Origin: Selaginella moellendorffii
Taxonomy: Eukaryota; Plantae; Lycopodiophyta
Length of the DNA: 64,000 nt
Reading direction: 5' to 3'
NCBI RefSeq assembly: GCF_000143415.4
Contig: NW_003314411.1
Location: 186,452-250,451 of the forward strand
Positions 49,101 through 62,100 of the stretch are shown here, in pieces; within the stretch, counting starts at the first letter, position 1, and the number at the start of each line of letters is the position of its first letter. Below the pieces are notes generated by a model that saw only the letters and a list, made by a program, of their open reading frames with translations, ran no database searches and had not been told where the DNA came from. Made by a program: the position numbers and the translations under genes.

Positions 49101-50587
49101 GGGGTGAGGAGCTTGATAAAGAAGAAAAGTGATTTTTATTCAGAGAGTCCAAACAGACAGCTCCTGTTTGGACAGGGTTGTTTCCCGATTGCAATAGAGG
49201 TGGACCTTGAGGCAGAGTGAACTTGAGCAGTTGGGGAGGCTTTTTGGGACACTTAGCTACTTTGTGATTAGGATTAGCACAATAGAGGCAAAGATTATGA
49301 GATACTCGACATTGCTTCTCAGCAGGACTCAACTTCCCTCTGATGAGTCGAAGAGTACCAAAAATATCCATCGAGACTGGAGCAATAGGTTCAGGAGTAT
49401 GTCCTAAAGACTCAAGCTGGGATTTTTGAGTCTAGGACGGGAAAACGGCGGCATGGCGACTTTCCTGACGACATTCAAAGAGACGATTGTCGCATCGAAC
49501 AGCTTTGTTGATGGTGTCTGACAAGTCTGTGGGATCCTCCATAGTGAGCAACAAATCCTTGACACCATTGTTGAGGCCGAAACGAAATTGATCAATCAGA
49601 GCCCGCTCATCCTATTGAGTGTCCAAGGCAAGGAGTTGGAACTCCGTAGCATAGATCGAGGCAAGAAGAGACCCTTAAGAGAGACGTCTCATCTTTGTTG
49701 TGGCAGCTTGAACCTGATCTATCTCACCAAAATATGCTTCAAGCTTCTCTTTGAACAACTAAAGATCCATCAACTCTGGAACCACGACCCCTTTCATGCT
49801 CTTCTCCAAGAGAGGAGAAAACCATGACAAAGCTGCACCTTTGAGCAACGTCTCGATCACACCAATTTGAGACTCGGGAGTGGGGTACTGCCAATGTTGA
49901 AGTGCGAAGATCAACTCCATCTAGTTCAGGAATTTGTGAAGCTTCAAACAATTGCCTGAGAACTTCACTAGGAAACTCACCTTTGGTTCAGGAACTTTGC
50001 TTGATCCTTGAGTCAAAAGTGAAGCAAGCTCTTATTGCATGTGAAGAAGGGTCACCTTCAGCTCGGTATTCTCAAACTGGATTTTTGCAAGGACTTCGGC
50101 AAAGAAATCAGGATGGCTTGGAGATTCCATCGGCAAATAAGAAAGAAAAGGGGGGAAAAAGGCAAAGGCAGTCAAACAATCAAAACGAGCTAAAGCAAAA
50201 GCAAAAAAACACAATCTAAATCAAACTGTCAAGACCCCCAATAAAATCAGGATTGGAAAATGCAAAAGACAAAAAGAAAAGCTAGTGGAAACGAAGAAAA
50301 GGCTTTAGACTAGTGTTGATTTAGATTGTGGAGAAATGGAACAAGGCTAACCTATATATACTATAGGTTGATGAAACTCCACCACTCTTGGATCGAGGAC
50401 GGCCTAAATATAACTTAGGTCGAGGAGGTGTCACATCATCATCAGGAATATGGTTTGAGACTTAGGAATCATACGGGAAATCAAAGAGTCAGGAATAAGG
50501 AAGTGTCTCGAGAGTCAGGAATGTGGTTTACGGGTCAAAAATCCGGCAAGAGTTAGGAATGTGGCAAGAATTGGGGGATTCCTGACA
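46170..50587 (-). mobile_element. 3'-truncated Tf1/sushi(Tcn1)-type Gypsy: 5' LTR 50227-50587, gag-PR-RT-RH-partial INT
   Basis: [68 protein letters not shown]; LTR has long terminal inverted repeats TGTCAAGACCCCCAAT / ATTGGGGGATTCCTGACA. Confidence 0.88.
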
Positions 50588-52870
50588 ACTATTAATTTCA
50601 TTGATGATGTCTTGATTCACTCGGAGAGGATATGGGAGGAACATATCCGTGATGTTTGTAAAGTGTTGGATCAGTTATGGGATGTTGGTTTAAAGTTGAA
50701 GCGATCGAAGTCCAAGGACACAATTTATCTTGGGTACTGTATTTTTTTTAAGGGTTTACAAGTTGATCCTGACAAACTTGTGGATGTTCTAAAGTTCCTT
50801 ACTCTGAAGTGTCTCAATAATGTGTAGTCCTTCCTGGGCAAAGTGCAGTATCTCAGTAGTTTTGTGGATCATCTTTCTTATCGCACTACACCATTGCAAA
50901 TGTTGCTGAAGTCATCAACATCATCTTTCATCTGGTCTACAAATTGTGAGCAGGCGTTCATGGATCTCAAAGAGCTATTGACAACTCCTCTGGTTTTGAC
51001 GTATCCTAATTACACTTAACATTTCATTTTGGGCATGGATGCTTTTAATATTGATCTTGGAGGTGTGTTGATGCAACAAAGCTTGAGTGTGCCTAATCAG
51101 TGCCATCCCATTACATATATAAGCTATACATTACAACTAGCAGAGGCAAACTACTCCATGATAGAGGAGTGTTTGGTAGCAGTCCGGGGTTTCGAGAAAC
51201 TTCATACATATCTATATGGTTCTCAGACGTTATTAGGACATGATCATGGTGTTGTTACTTCATTATAAAAGTGAAAGAACTTGGTTGGTTATACTACTCT
51301 GTGGGTTTTAAAGCCTCAAATATATTATTTTGATGTTGCTCATCTCTCGGGGAGTTCTATGGTTGATGCTAATGCCTTTTCTCGAGCTCTTCTTCCTTCT
51401 TCACTCTCTTCTCATGTTTATAAGAAATTTGTTATTCTAGCATCTATAGATTTTTTGGATGAGAATTTTATGCTATTAGCAATTGTTGTACTTAACGTTC
51501 AGTGTCCACAAGGTGCAGAGCAAGATTTATCTTCTCTTGATAAGGTTTATGAAGCTTAAAAGATTGAGCCATGGATTTGAAGGCTTCAAGATGGGTTTGA
51601 GAATCTTGCATCACTTGCTGATGATTTGCTATTTCAGCATTTACATTCTCAATATCTCCTTGAAGACGGTCTTCTTTATTTTATAGGGACGGATCCGGAT
51701 GATCATTTATAGCTGGTGGTGCCTTCAATCTTTATTCCACATTTTCTCCATGTCTACCATAATTCTCTTGTTCTAGGCAAGCATATTGGATATTGTTGTG
51801 TGACTGAGAAGTTGCGTAGTTCTTTTTATTGGTCAAAGATATAATGTGATATTATCCGATATGTGCATAGCTGCATTTAGTGCCAAGCTTATAATATTCC
51901 CCCTCGTGTTGTTGGAGTCAATTGCAATTTCTCGTCTATTTGAGTTGGTAGCATTTGTTTTATAGGACCTTTTCCACGATCGACTGCTGACAATAAGTAT
52001 ATTATTATTCCTTCTGACTACTTAATTCACTGAGTGGAAGTTGGTGCTCTTGCTAGCACCTCTACAATTGCTATTAAATACTTTCTCAATCGAGTGGTAT
52101 TCCAAGATTCTTGTCCGAAGCAAATTCTTTCAAATAATGGTCCTGTATTTATGGCTGAGGCATTTTATGTTTTGATGTCTCGATTGGGGAAATGCCAAAC
52201 TTTCACGAGTGCTTATCATCCACAGTCAAATGGTTTAGTGAAACGGCTCATTTTAAAATTTAAAGGAATGATCGCAAAATACATGAACTTTCAGCATTTG
52301 CATTGGGATAATTATTTGCCGTCTCTTTGGTATGCATATATCATAGAGGTGCAAAATTCTGTTAGTCCTTCACCATATAAACTCTTATATAGTCATAATC
52401 TAATAATACCAATAGAGTTGGGTTTACCTTCACAATTGCCACAAGCTGCCGATGCTAAATCATAGGATCAATATGTAATGAGCATTCTTCCATTTGTTCG
52501 AGCAGAGTCTACTGAACACCTAGGCCGCGTACAAGTGGGATAACAATGGCATTATAACTCCCATCATCGTCCACTTGCGGAGTACAAAGTGGATGACTTG
52601 GTGTTAATCCGTTTTCCCTATTTTATAGTACGTGGTTTATCTAAAAGGTCCTTGCTTAGTGGAAAGGACCATATTAGGTGTTGCGGCAAGTTAGATCACA
52701 AGTTTATAAGGTTTGACATGACATCTAGCAAGCCGATCCTTTAAAAATTTTGCACTTACAACAAGTTTGACTGCAAGTTTATGAGGTTTGATATAACATT
52801 CAATATGCTGATCCTCCAAAAATTATGCATATACAACAGCTAAAATGCTTTATACAAAGGGATCAAAAAA
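50588..52870 (+). mobile_element. Family E Gypsy pol remnant (RT-RH-INT)
   Basis: FIDDVLIH, DAFNIDLGGVL, DANAFSR, AYHPQSNGLVKR; many stops. Confidence 0.8.
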
Positions 52871-52962
52871 AATTAACACTATCTATAGTACCTCTATATA
52901 TATCTAGAAAATGTGAAGATTTAAAGAAAAATATATTAAATAAGCACTAAATAAATTATATT

Positions 52963-55900
52963 TATGAGGTTGAAGTGTATGGCTATAATGTCATATACTA
53001 ATATTAGCATTGTGGGATTTTTGTAGCCATCAGATTGGTTTCAATCCGGACCACTTGCTCTTGTATATAATTTAGAGTTTTTGGGCTAATTGATATGCAT
53101 ATTTCTTATATTCTCTTTCCATATTTTGATAGTGGAAAGGGGCAGCTTTGATTGTCCTTAAGGAGTGCTTGGATTTAGGATTTTGGTTTAAATCTAGCTT
53201 TTATATTATCTAAATCTCTCTTTCCTTATAGCTTTTTCCTTTTGGTTTAAATTTAATTTTGCATTGTTTAGATCTCCTTTTCTTTATAGGTTTTTCCATT
53301 TCTTTTCTTTTTTTCATTCATCTTTATGGTAGAGCAACAATTTCCTCTTCCTTTGATTCTGGAGCAGCAGTTGGTGCAATTGTTATACAATTGCGATTTG
53401 AACAACCAAACTCAATTGATGGCAATATTCATAGTGTGTGGTATTCTATTGCTTTTGTTGCCAATCCTCACATTTGGCCAAAGTTCTTCTATGGGAGTCT
53501 TGGGATGATGTGTACTATTGGTTTGATCACTTCATGGTGATTGCCACATATCATTCTTGGGATGATACTTAGCATTTGTGTAAGTTTCCTATTTGTCTAT
53601 AAGGGATAGCATTGTAGTGGTATAATGGTTTGAGTGTAGCCACTCATAAGAATTGGAGTATTCTCCCAAATGTCTTCAAATATGCATTTGGACATGCCAG
53701 CAATTGTAATAATGCTTTATAACAATTGCATCATTTTTGTCAAGGGCCATTTGAGTTGCTGATGCAATTTAGCATTTATTTCTAAAGACTTTTGCTTTAT
53801 GCAAAGCCAACTATGTTAGAGCGGATCAATCTAGGAATGTTGTGGCTAGCATTTCGTCAAGATCTTGTAAGACTTGTGCATGCATTTGCTCTAGCCACCC
53901 TTGACAATACTCTTCACTTGGCGCAACATTATGAGACGTTACCTCTTCCACTTTTCATTGCATGTCCCTCAGCTCCACTTTTTGTGGGAGATGGTCTTAT
54001 TCCAATAGAGGTTGATGCTGCTGCTACTTGAGTTCAAGGACAAGGGTGAGGATGTGGTCGTGGGTGTGATATTTGCTATCAAGTGTATGATGAAGTTAGT
54101 CACACTTACCAGCATTGTCCACATTTTTTGAATTGGCAACCTCTATTTTCTGGGTGGAGACTTTGGCGTCAACAATGTCTTGTTGGTGCTACTACAATAG
54201 AATGTTTGGACACTTAAATGCATCTAGGAAACAAGGAGTCACACAAGTAATAAAGGGACCTTGCACGAATAAGTAAGTGACCCCTCCATCTTTCTTTCAA
54301 GAGTATCATCAAGGGGTTCACTCGGCATCAGTTCATCTAGTGTTTACTTTCCAAGCTCTTTTTTATAGTAAAAGGTCTCCTATTATTCTCTCCGTATTGG
54401 TTGATATAAGTTTGAGTTTATCCTTTATTGCTCGACTTTTTGCCACACATTGCTATTTATATTTGCATTGTGCGGTAGAGCCAGTTTTTATTTTTAATGG
54501 CAATGGCCGTATACATGCATATGCACAGGATGAGGCAGACTTAATTGTGCATATGGGCGATCTCAAGCTTGAGTTCCAATCATTGTAAATGGTGTTGAGT
54601 CATGTTTTTTACCTCATCTTTGGTATAGATTGGTTGTAGTGCAATCATGTCAAGTGTGATTTTGAGGCTTCTTCCCCTTATTTCATACTTTTTTATATTT
54701 CTTTTATTCCACTTACTTCTGTACTTCTTTTGTACATTTCTTTGTTTCTACCTTTGCTTCTATCACTTTTGTCTCTCCATTACTTCCTCTTATATTTTCA
54801 TTTTATTCCTCTCTTCCTTCTTCTGATCCCTCCGACAGTCTTTATATTATAGTAATTGACTAACTCATGATGATTCACCAAGTTAGATGTTGCTTCTGGG
54901 TATTGGCAAGTGCCGATGGCCAAAGAAGATATTCATAAGACTACTTTTCATATACTATTTGGTTTGTACGAGTTCTTGATGATGCCATTTGGTTTGAACA
55001 ATGCTTTAACAACTTTTTAGCGAATGATGGACGAGGTTCTTTATAATATGCCAGAGGTGACTACTGACTTTATCGATGATGTTTTGATTTATCCAGAGGG
55101 GACGTAGGAAGAATATATCAAGATATTTGGGGTACCATATTTCTCATAAGGGTTTGCAAGTTGATACTAACAAACTTATGGCTATTATAAAGTTCCCTAC
55201 TCCAAAGTGTGTGAACAATGTTCAATGCTTCCTAGGCAAAATGTAGTATCTTGGTCATTTTGTTGATCATCTTTTTGATTGCACTACACCGTTGCGAGTG
55301 TTGCTAAAGTTATCAACGTTATCTTTCATTTGGTTTGTGGACTGTGAGCAAACATTTATGGATCTCAAAGAGTTATTGATAACCCCTCCGGTTTTGGCAT
55401 ATCCTAACTACACTTGACCTTTCATTTTATGCGTAGATGAAGGAACTCTCTAGTGGTGCTTTCAAACTAACTTAATGTTGAGATTGGGGCTTAGGGGCCT
55501 TGGGTGGGAGTGAACATGCACTCGAGTGGTGCCAGAAGGGCCACCTAAGGAAGTGCTCAAAAGCAACTCCCACTTCAAAAAGGGAAACCGATTGCAATGC
55601 TCATAACTCATATAGAGTGGTATCCACTTGAGTACCTTGCAGCTCATTGGTCCTCATCCCTTCCTAGGGTCTTGGGCCTTACTTCGGGATGAAAGTGGGA
55701 GAGTAGAAGTACCCATGCCGGGCTGTTAGGCCACGGTGTTTCCCCCTGGTGCCCTGAAGCAAGTGTTGCATTTAAGGTTTAAGATTTAAAGAGTTCCATG
55801 ATTAAGTCTTGTTATACCAAGAGATGTTAGGAACTTGAAAGCTTGGTGTGCTTGGTTGCTTATGATTGTAGAGAGTGTAGCTGAACTTTAAGTTCAATCT

Positions 55901-57244
55901 AACCTAGGAAGGGGGATTAGAGATTTAGGAATCCGTGGATGGATGGCTAATGCTCCATTACTCATGCAATAAGTTGCTGAAACCAATTAGAACCAAGTAA
56001 GAGTTAGTACAATAAGTAGGAACTTTGGCGAGGGAACTTAACTAAGGCTAAGGTGTTGGTTGGATAGACAAGGTAAATTGGCAAATTGGAAAGGAAAAAA
56101 TTGTGGCTTACATTGACTTGCTAAGTGGAAGTTGGTGCTCTTGCTAATGCATCTGCAACTGTTATTGGATACTTCCTCCTCAATTGAGTGATGTTTTAGC
56201 ATTCTTGTCTAGAGTAGATTCTTTCGGATAATGGTCTTGCATTTATAATTGAGGCATTTCACATTTTTTACGTCTCAGTTATGGATACGCCACATTTTCA
56301 TGAGTGTTTATCATCCATAGTCAAACGGTTTGGTGGAATGGCTTATTTGGGCCTTCAAAGAGATGATCACAAAATACGTGAATTTTTAGCATTCAGATTG
56401 GGATGGTTATTTGTCGTCTCTTTAGTATATGTATGTCATAAGGGTGTAGAATTCTATTGGTACTTCACTATATAAACTTCTATATGTTGGTCATGATCCA
56501 ATACTACCAACGGAGTTGGGTTTACCTTTGCGATTGTTGTGGGATACCGATACTAAGTTATGGGATCAATATTTGATAAGCATTCTTCCACTTGTTTGAG
56601 TAGAGTTTGCTGAACACTTAGGCAGCATACAAGTGGGACAACAACAATGTTACAACTCTTATCATTGTCCACTTATGGAATACAAAGTGGATGATTTGGT
56701 GTTAGTTTATTTTCCCCATTTTACAGTATATAATTTATCTAAAGGGTCCTTGCTTAGTGGAAAGGACCATATTGAGTGTGTTAGCAAGTTGGATCACAAG
56801 TTTATGAGGTTTGACATGACATCCAGCAAACCAATCTTCCAGAAATTATGCAGTTGCGGCAAATTGAACCACAAATTTATGAAGTTTGACATGACATCCA
56901 ACATGCCGATCCTCCAAAAATTATGCATGTGCAGCAATTGAAATGCTTTGTACAAAGGGATTATGAACAATTAGCACTATTTATAGATCCACTAATACCT
57001 CCTCTTAATGTTCCTCTAGATCCCAACCCATCCACAAGAGAACCCTAATGGTCTTTCATCATTTTGAGAGGAGGGGATGATGTAAAGTCCAAGTATATAG
57101 CTATAATGTTGTATACTAATATTAGCGTAGTGAGATTTTAGTAGTTGTTAAATTAGTTTCAATATAGACCACTCACTCCTATATATAAGCTAGGGCTTTT
57201 ATGGTAATTGATATGCACATTTTTTATTATTCCATGCACACACA
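52963..57244 (+). mobile_element. Family E Gypsy, decayed near-complete copy with ~160-bp LTRs
   Basis: LTR-like 52963-53125 and 57081-57244; PPT GAGAGGAGGGGA at 57066-57077; [16 protein letters not shown]; integrase remnant 56113-56950. Confidence 0.72.
55439..56112 (+). repeat. Truncated A-family LTR inside family E pol
   Basis: Diverged reverse complement of 2816-~3483; ends AAATTGTGGCTTACA. Confidence 0.85.
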
Positions 57245-57719
57245 AATTATTTTAAGCATAATCTTAAAACACTAACTTTTTTTTAAGATATCTTGAAGAT
57301 ACTGTTTTTTGTTTGTCTCATGCACAAAGAGACTAAGTAACTTCAATTACATCTACCAATGTTTAGAGAATGGTCAATACATTTGAAAAGGCCATAGACA
57401 TTGTTGATATTAATAAAATGTTAATCCCAGGGACCACAATAAAATAGATGCAAATTAATTTCCTTTATCACTCTTCTCCCTAAAACATTTTGCAATCCAA
57501 GAAGTTCTCTAACACTAATTTACCTTTTCTCTTAAGTTCTATTGGGAGAACTTCTGCATGTTGAAGCATTAAGTTCCTCCAGTATTTTAAACTCTCTACA
57601 AATTCATAGATGCAAGTTGGCTATAGAGGAGAGGCAATGTCAAATCTTGTGTGGTAGCTGTGGTGGTGGCTGTTTAATTGTTTCTCCAAGTCTCTCAGAA
57701 TTGGATGGGCCACTTAAAA

Positions 57720-59123
57720 AGGATGTGCCATTTGGGACGGGACTGTGGTTTATCTATGCTGGGATCTCGACCTTCCTGGTTGTGTTTGCTGGGCTCATGT
57801 CTGGTCTCACGCTGGGACTCATGAGCTTAGGCGTGGTGGACCTGGAAATTCTACAAAGAAGTGGTACTCCCAAGGAGAAGCATCAAGCGAGTTTCCTACT
57901 TCCACTTTTGCTTCGTATAACACCTCTTTTTCCAGCGGCAATCTTTCCAGTGGTTCAAAAGCAGCACTAGCTCCTGGTGACTTTACTTCTCTGCAATTCA
58001 TCTGCCATGGAGGGGAGTGAGAAAAAATGGTTTTTTTTTTTTTGGTGAATGATTTCGATGCCAATTTCTTGCAGGCTCTGCCGATTTTCCTGGACAAGAT
58101 GTTTGATCCTGTCACAGCAGTCACATTGTCCATTACATTTGTGCTTGCGTTTGGAGAGGTTTGTGTTTCACCGTATTCTTTGGTTGCGATTCCCAACGTG
58201 TGAACTCCAGGTTCTTCCTCAAGCCATTTGTGCTCGATATGGGCTCGCTATCGGTGCGAATCTCGTCTGGCTTGTCAAAGTAGTGATGGTGGTCTGTTAT
58301 CCAATGTCTTATCCAGTTGGGAAGGTATGACACCTGTTGGGTCTACATTCTCTCTTGAAGTTAACTCCAAACGTGATTGATATTTTATTGCAATTGTCTT
58401 GTCATGAAGCTGATAATATATCTGTCCTCTCCAGGGAAGCAATGGGACGGATACTTGCTCGGGGTCATAGTCGTGTGCCAGTTTTTGCTGGAAGCCCTCG
58501 TAACATCATCGGACTGTTGCTGGTAATCAGCTTGATATATTTGTGTTCACATCACATCGATGTTTTTCCACTTTCTTTTAGGTGAAAAGCCTATTGACAG
58601 TTCGGCCTGAAGCCGAAACGCCTGTCAATGCTGTGTCCATACGAAAGATACCAAGGTACTTAGTGTTACTTTTGTATGAGGTACAATTGGGGTTTCTGCT
58701 CAGAGTACCTGCAGACATGCCTTTGTACGATATCCTGAACGAGTTCCAGAAAGGAAACAGCCACATGGCAGCTGTGGTGAAAGCGAAGATGAAAAGGAAG
58801 CCAAGGCACACTACACATCACACACATAATGTGAACCACGAGGAACGCTGGTCGTACGGTCCCAAGCAACATGACGATGAAAATGGAAAGGCAGATGATT
58901 TAGAAGACAGAGAAGTTATAGGTATTATCACTTTGGAAGACGTGATTGAAGAGCTGCTCCAGATAAGAAGCCTAGCTGCGAATACCTTCACCTTAACAGA
59001 TTTCTTGTATCTGATTTCCAGGAGGAGATAGTCGATGAAACTGACGAATACGTAGATGTTCATAGGAGGTAAGCATCTCCTTGCGGCCTCATGTCTTAAA
59101 TCTCGTTTGTCGTGCCAGAATTC
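57720..59123 (+). pseudogene. Intron-retaining partial duplicate of the DUF21/CBS gene (source ~26502-28358)
   Basis: Near-identical exons and introns; TAG at 57968; three splice donors lost; ~350-bp and ~85-bp internal deletions; lacks the start codon and 3' exons. Confidence 0.92.
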
Positions 59124-62100
59124 TGTAGATAGCCAGCCTGGAGTCTAATCCAAGGTGGCAAGAGATTCATGTGGACGCTGAAATGAGCGGACACAAGACT
59201 TGTATATATTTACATGGAGAAAATGACAAAGTGGTAGTTAGGGGAAACAAAGTATGTCGTTTAACTAGAAAACTAACATGGTATCGGAGCACACGATGAT
59301 CTCATAGGCAAAACAAGACCACGCAGCGGGCAGCAAGGCTACACAACTCTAGATCGCGTGACCGCTCGACTGCAGCAGAAGAAGAGGAAGGGAAAAATCC
59401 GTGCTGTAGAAAAGTTCATTCAAGATCAGGGTTGGAGCGTGCTACAGGCAGAGATTTTGAGAATTGGGCCAAAGAGATTTCGTTCCTCTTTCTCTGGGAC
59501 AACTGTCAGTGGCAAGCAACGAAAAGGTCAGAAATGATAAGGCACTCTCCACCATGGGGATTGGCTTGGGCAAATTGCACCACCACCACCTGGATATCAC
59601 GAAGACCACATAAGAGAATTGGAAAGCCTTTTATCAATGAAGAAGAACCAGCCGAAGACCAGACACCTGCAGATACAACACAACCACAGCTTTGTTTGTC
59701 AACTCAAAGCAAACAAAGAATTCTCCAGGTAAAGGAGGCAGTGCTAGCAGTTTCAAGGCTGGTACAAGCAACACTGCGAGCAGTTTCAAGGCTAGCGATG
59801 TTGGAGATAGCAACTCACGTGAGTGTAAAGGTGAGTGAAATTATTGTAAGCAGGTTGGACACTACGCCAGAGAATGCCGAGACAGGTTAGCAGGGCATCC
59901 TTGAGGATTGGGGAGAAAGAATGCCAAGACTGGCTATACAAACCAGCCAAGAGCTCTCATGGTAAGAGCTATTCCAGAACATGTGTTTGTTCAGCAGCAG
60001 GATCAAGACGTAATCTGGCTGGACACGGTAGCAAATATGCACATGACAGGCAGGCGAGAAGCTTTCCTGAACCTCAGGAAACTTTCTACAGATAGGCAGG
60101 TTGGTTTAGGAGACAAGAGTCTTCTTTCAGCTGTAGCAGTGGGCACAGTTCAAGTAAAGCTGGCCTCAGGAGAGCTACGACATATCAGGAACATATAGGC
60201 TTGGCATATCATCTTTTCTCAATCGGTGCAGCTTCTAACAACGGTTTCTATTTTATTTTTAATGCCAAGCAGGCTATTATGCAAGACGAGAAGACATATC
60301 AAGCAATGGCTTATGGACAACACTATTCTGGACTTTATAAACTTGACGCCACCATGGTTGTTCTAGACAAGCAGCCAGATCGAGCGCTCTCAACTCGAGG
60401 GAGTAATCTCCAGTTGTGGCATGAGCGTCTAGGCCATGTACATGAAGACGCCCTCAAAGCAGTGTCCAGAGATCAATCACATGCACAAGAATTCGAGTTT
60501 ACAAGCAAGCTTGAATTTTGTGAGGCTTGTGTGCTAGGAAAACAAGCATGCACATCTTTTCCAAAGTTTTCAGAATCCAAGAGCAATCAGCCTCTTGAGC
60601 TTGTTCACACAGATGTGTGTGGGCCTCTCCATGTCCAAAGTCATTGTAGAATGAGGTATTTTTTGACATTCATTGATGACTACTGATGCTATACAGTCCT
60701 GAGACTTTTGGCCAAGAAATCTGAAGTTCTTGATCACTTTAAAGTTTACAAGGCTTCAATTGAAAATCTTCTTGGTTAAGCAGATCGACTAGGCCATTTT
60801 CGGTACATTCGTCTAAGGCATAGGATCATCCGCCCGGTAACCCGGTACCAACCACGACCAAAACGATTTCCCTAAGCAATTCCTATGTCACCTCCTATGG
60901 TTTGGGTGTCCGGGGGGTACCTGTATCATGGAAGATGAGGATTAGTAATGCAATCTCTGTTAGTTCTATCTCTCATTTTGTGAAAGTACGAAGCTAGGTT
61001 TCAAGAATGAACTAAGATTTGCACGACTGATGCTCGCGAGCCAATGTACTCAGGTACATGCCCGGGCCGCACATCAGAAGTGACTTCCAAAGACTAGAAC
61101 TAAGGAGCATGCTCAACCTGATTGCTATCCATTGACTCATGGATCTCGCTGTCTGGACCAGTTGCTGTCATCTCGTCTTTTTTCTAAGTAGATGATTAGA
61201 AGCTGGAACAATTGATATCACAAGCACTACCTGGGCAGAGCCCCTTGTGTCGCCGTGGCGTTTAGTTCCGGCGCTCTGGCCGAGAGAACAAGCCAAGGGT
61301 AAAGATACACAAAAAACCGAATCATTTGTACCTGTTTTTGCATGGCTAGGAATGCGGTAGTGAGATTCCTCGTGACCTTAGTGGTGGGTGTAAGCTCGTT
61401 TCGAGCTATTCCCAAACAAACACTTCATTGGCACTGCTCATTCTTGCGGTGCACAACGAAGCGGCTGTTGATCCTAGAGTGGGCGGGAAGTGTGCGTGGT
61501 TGTGCTAGTGCACAGCCTTGGCTTGCTCTACTTGTGGATGCACTCCTGGAGAATGCGGCGGTGGCGGATGCAAGCGAGAAACCCTAACATTAGGGTTTTT
61601 CCCGTCACTTCATACATTTCAGTGTGAGAAAAGCAGCCATAAAGTTGAATAGCTATAGCTTGTAATTAGGTTTGCCTATCCGTATAGCGTGTTTCTTCAT
61701 GTGAGATTCTGTGAGGAATCCAAGGTTTTGTTTTTACCATGCCAGGTCTACTCATGTGTCCCATTAGTTTATCCATGGGGAAAACAGAGTTTTTTGTAAG
61801 CAAGATTTCCTTTAAAAAAATTCTTTTTTAAAGAAGACCTTTTTGTGATAAAGCGTGGGATCTGTCTCAGAATGAGAGAGCAGAACTTGTGTTGTATTTT
61901 CATTTACTAATCAAAACACAATTGTAGTCAATGTTACACCTACACATTTTAGTTCAGTGCGTAACCAAGGACTACATGGTAAGTTTGGAGGAACTAGTTC
62001 TTTTGTTGTTCACAGTCTAAAAGGGCATAAATATCGAATCTATTATGTTTCGATATGATGCAGAGTGATGGATAGTGTTGCCTAGAAGACAGAACCCCTG

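Noticed and set aside
61579-61598. Telomere or interstitial telomeric array
   Set aside because: Only one repeat in each orientation.
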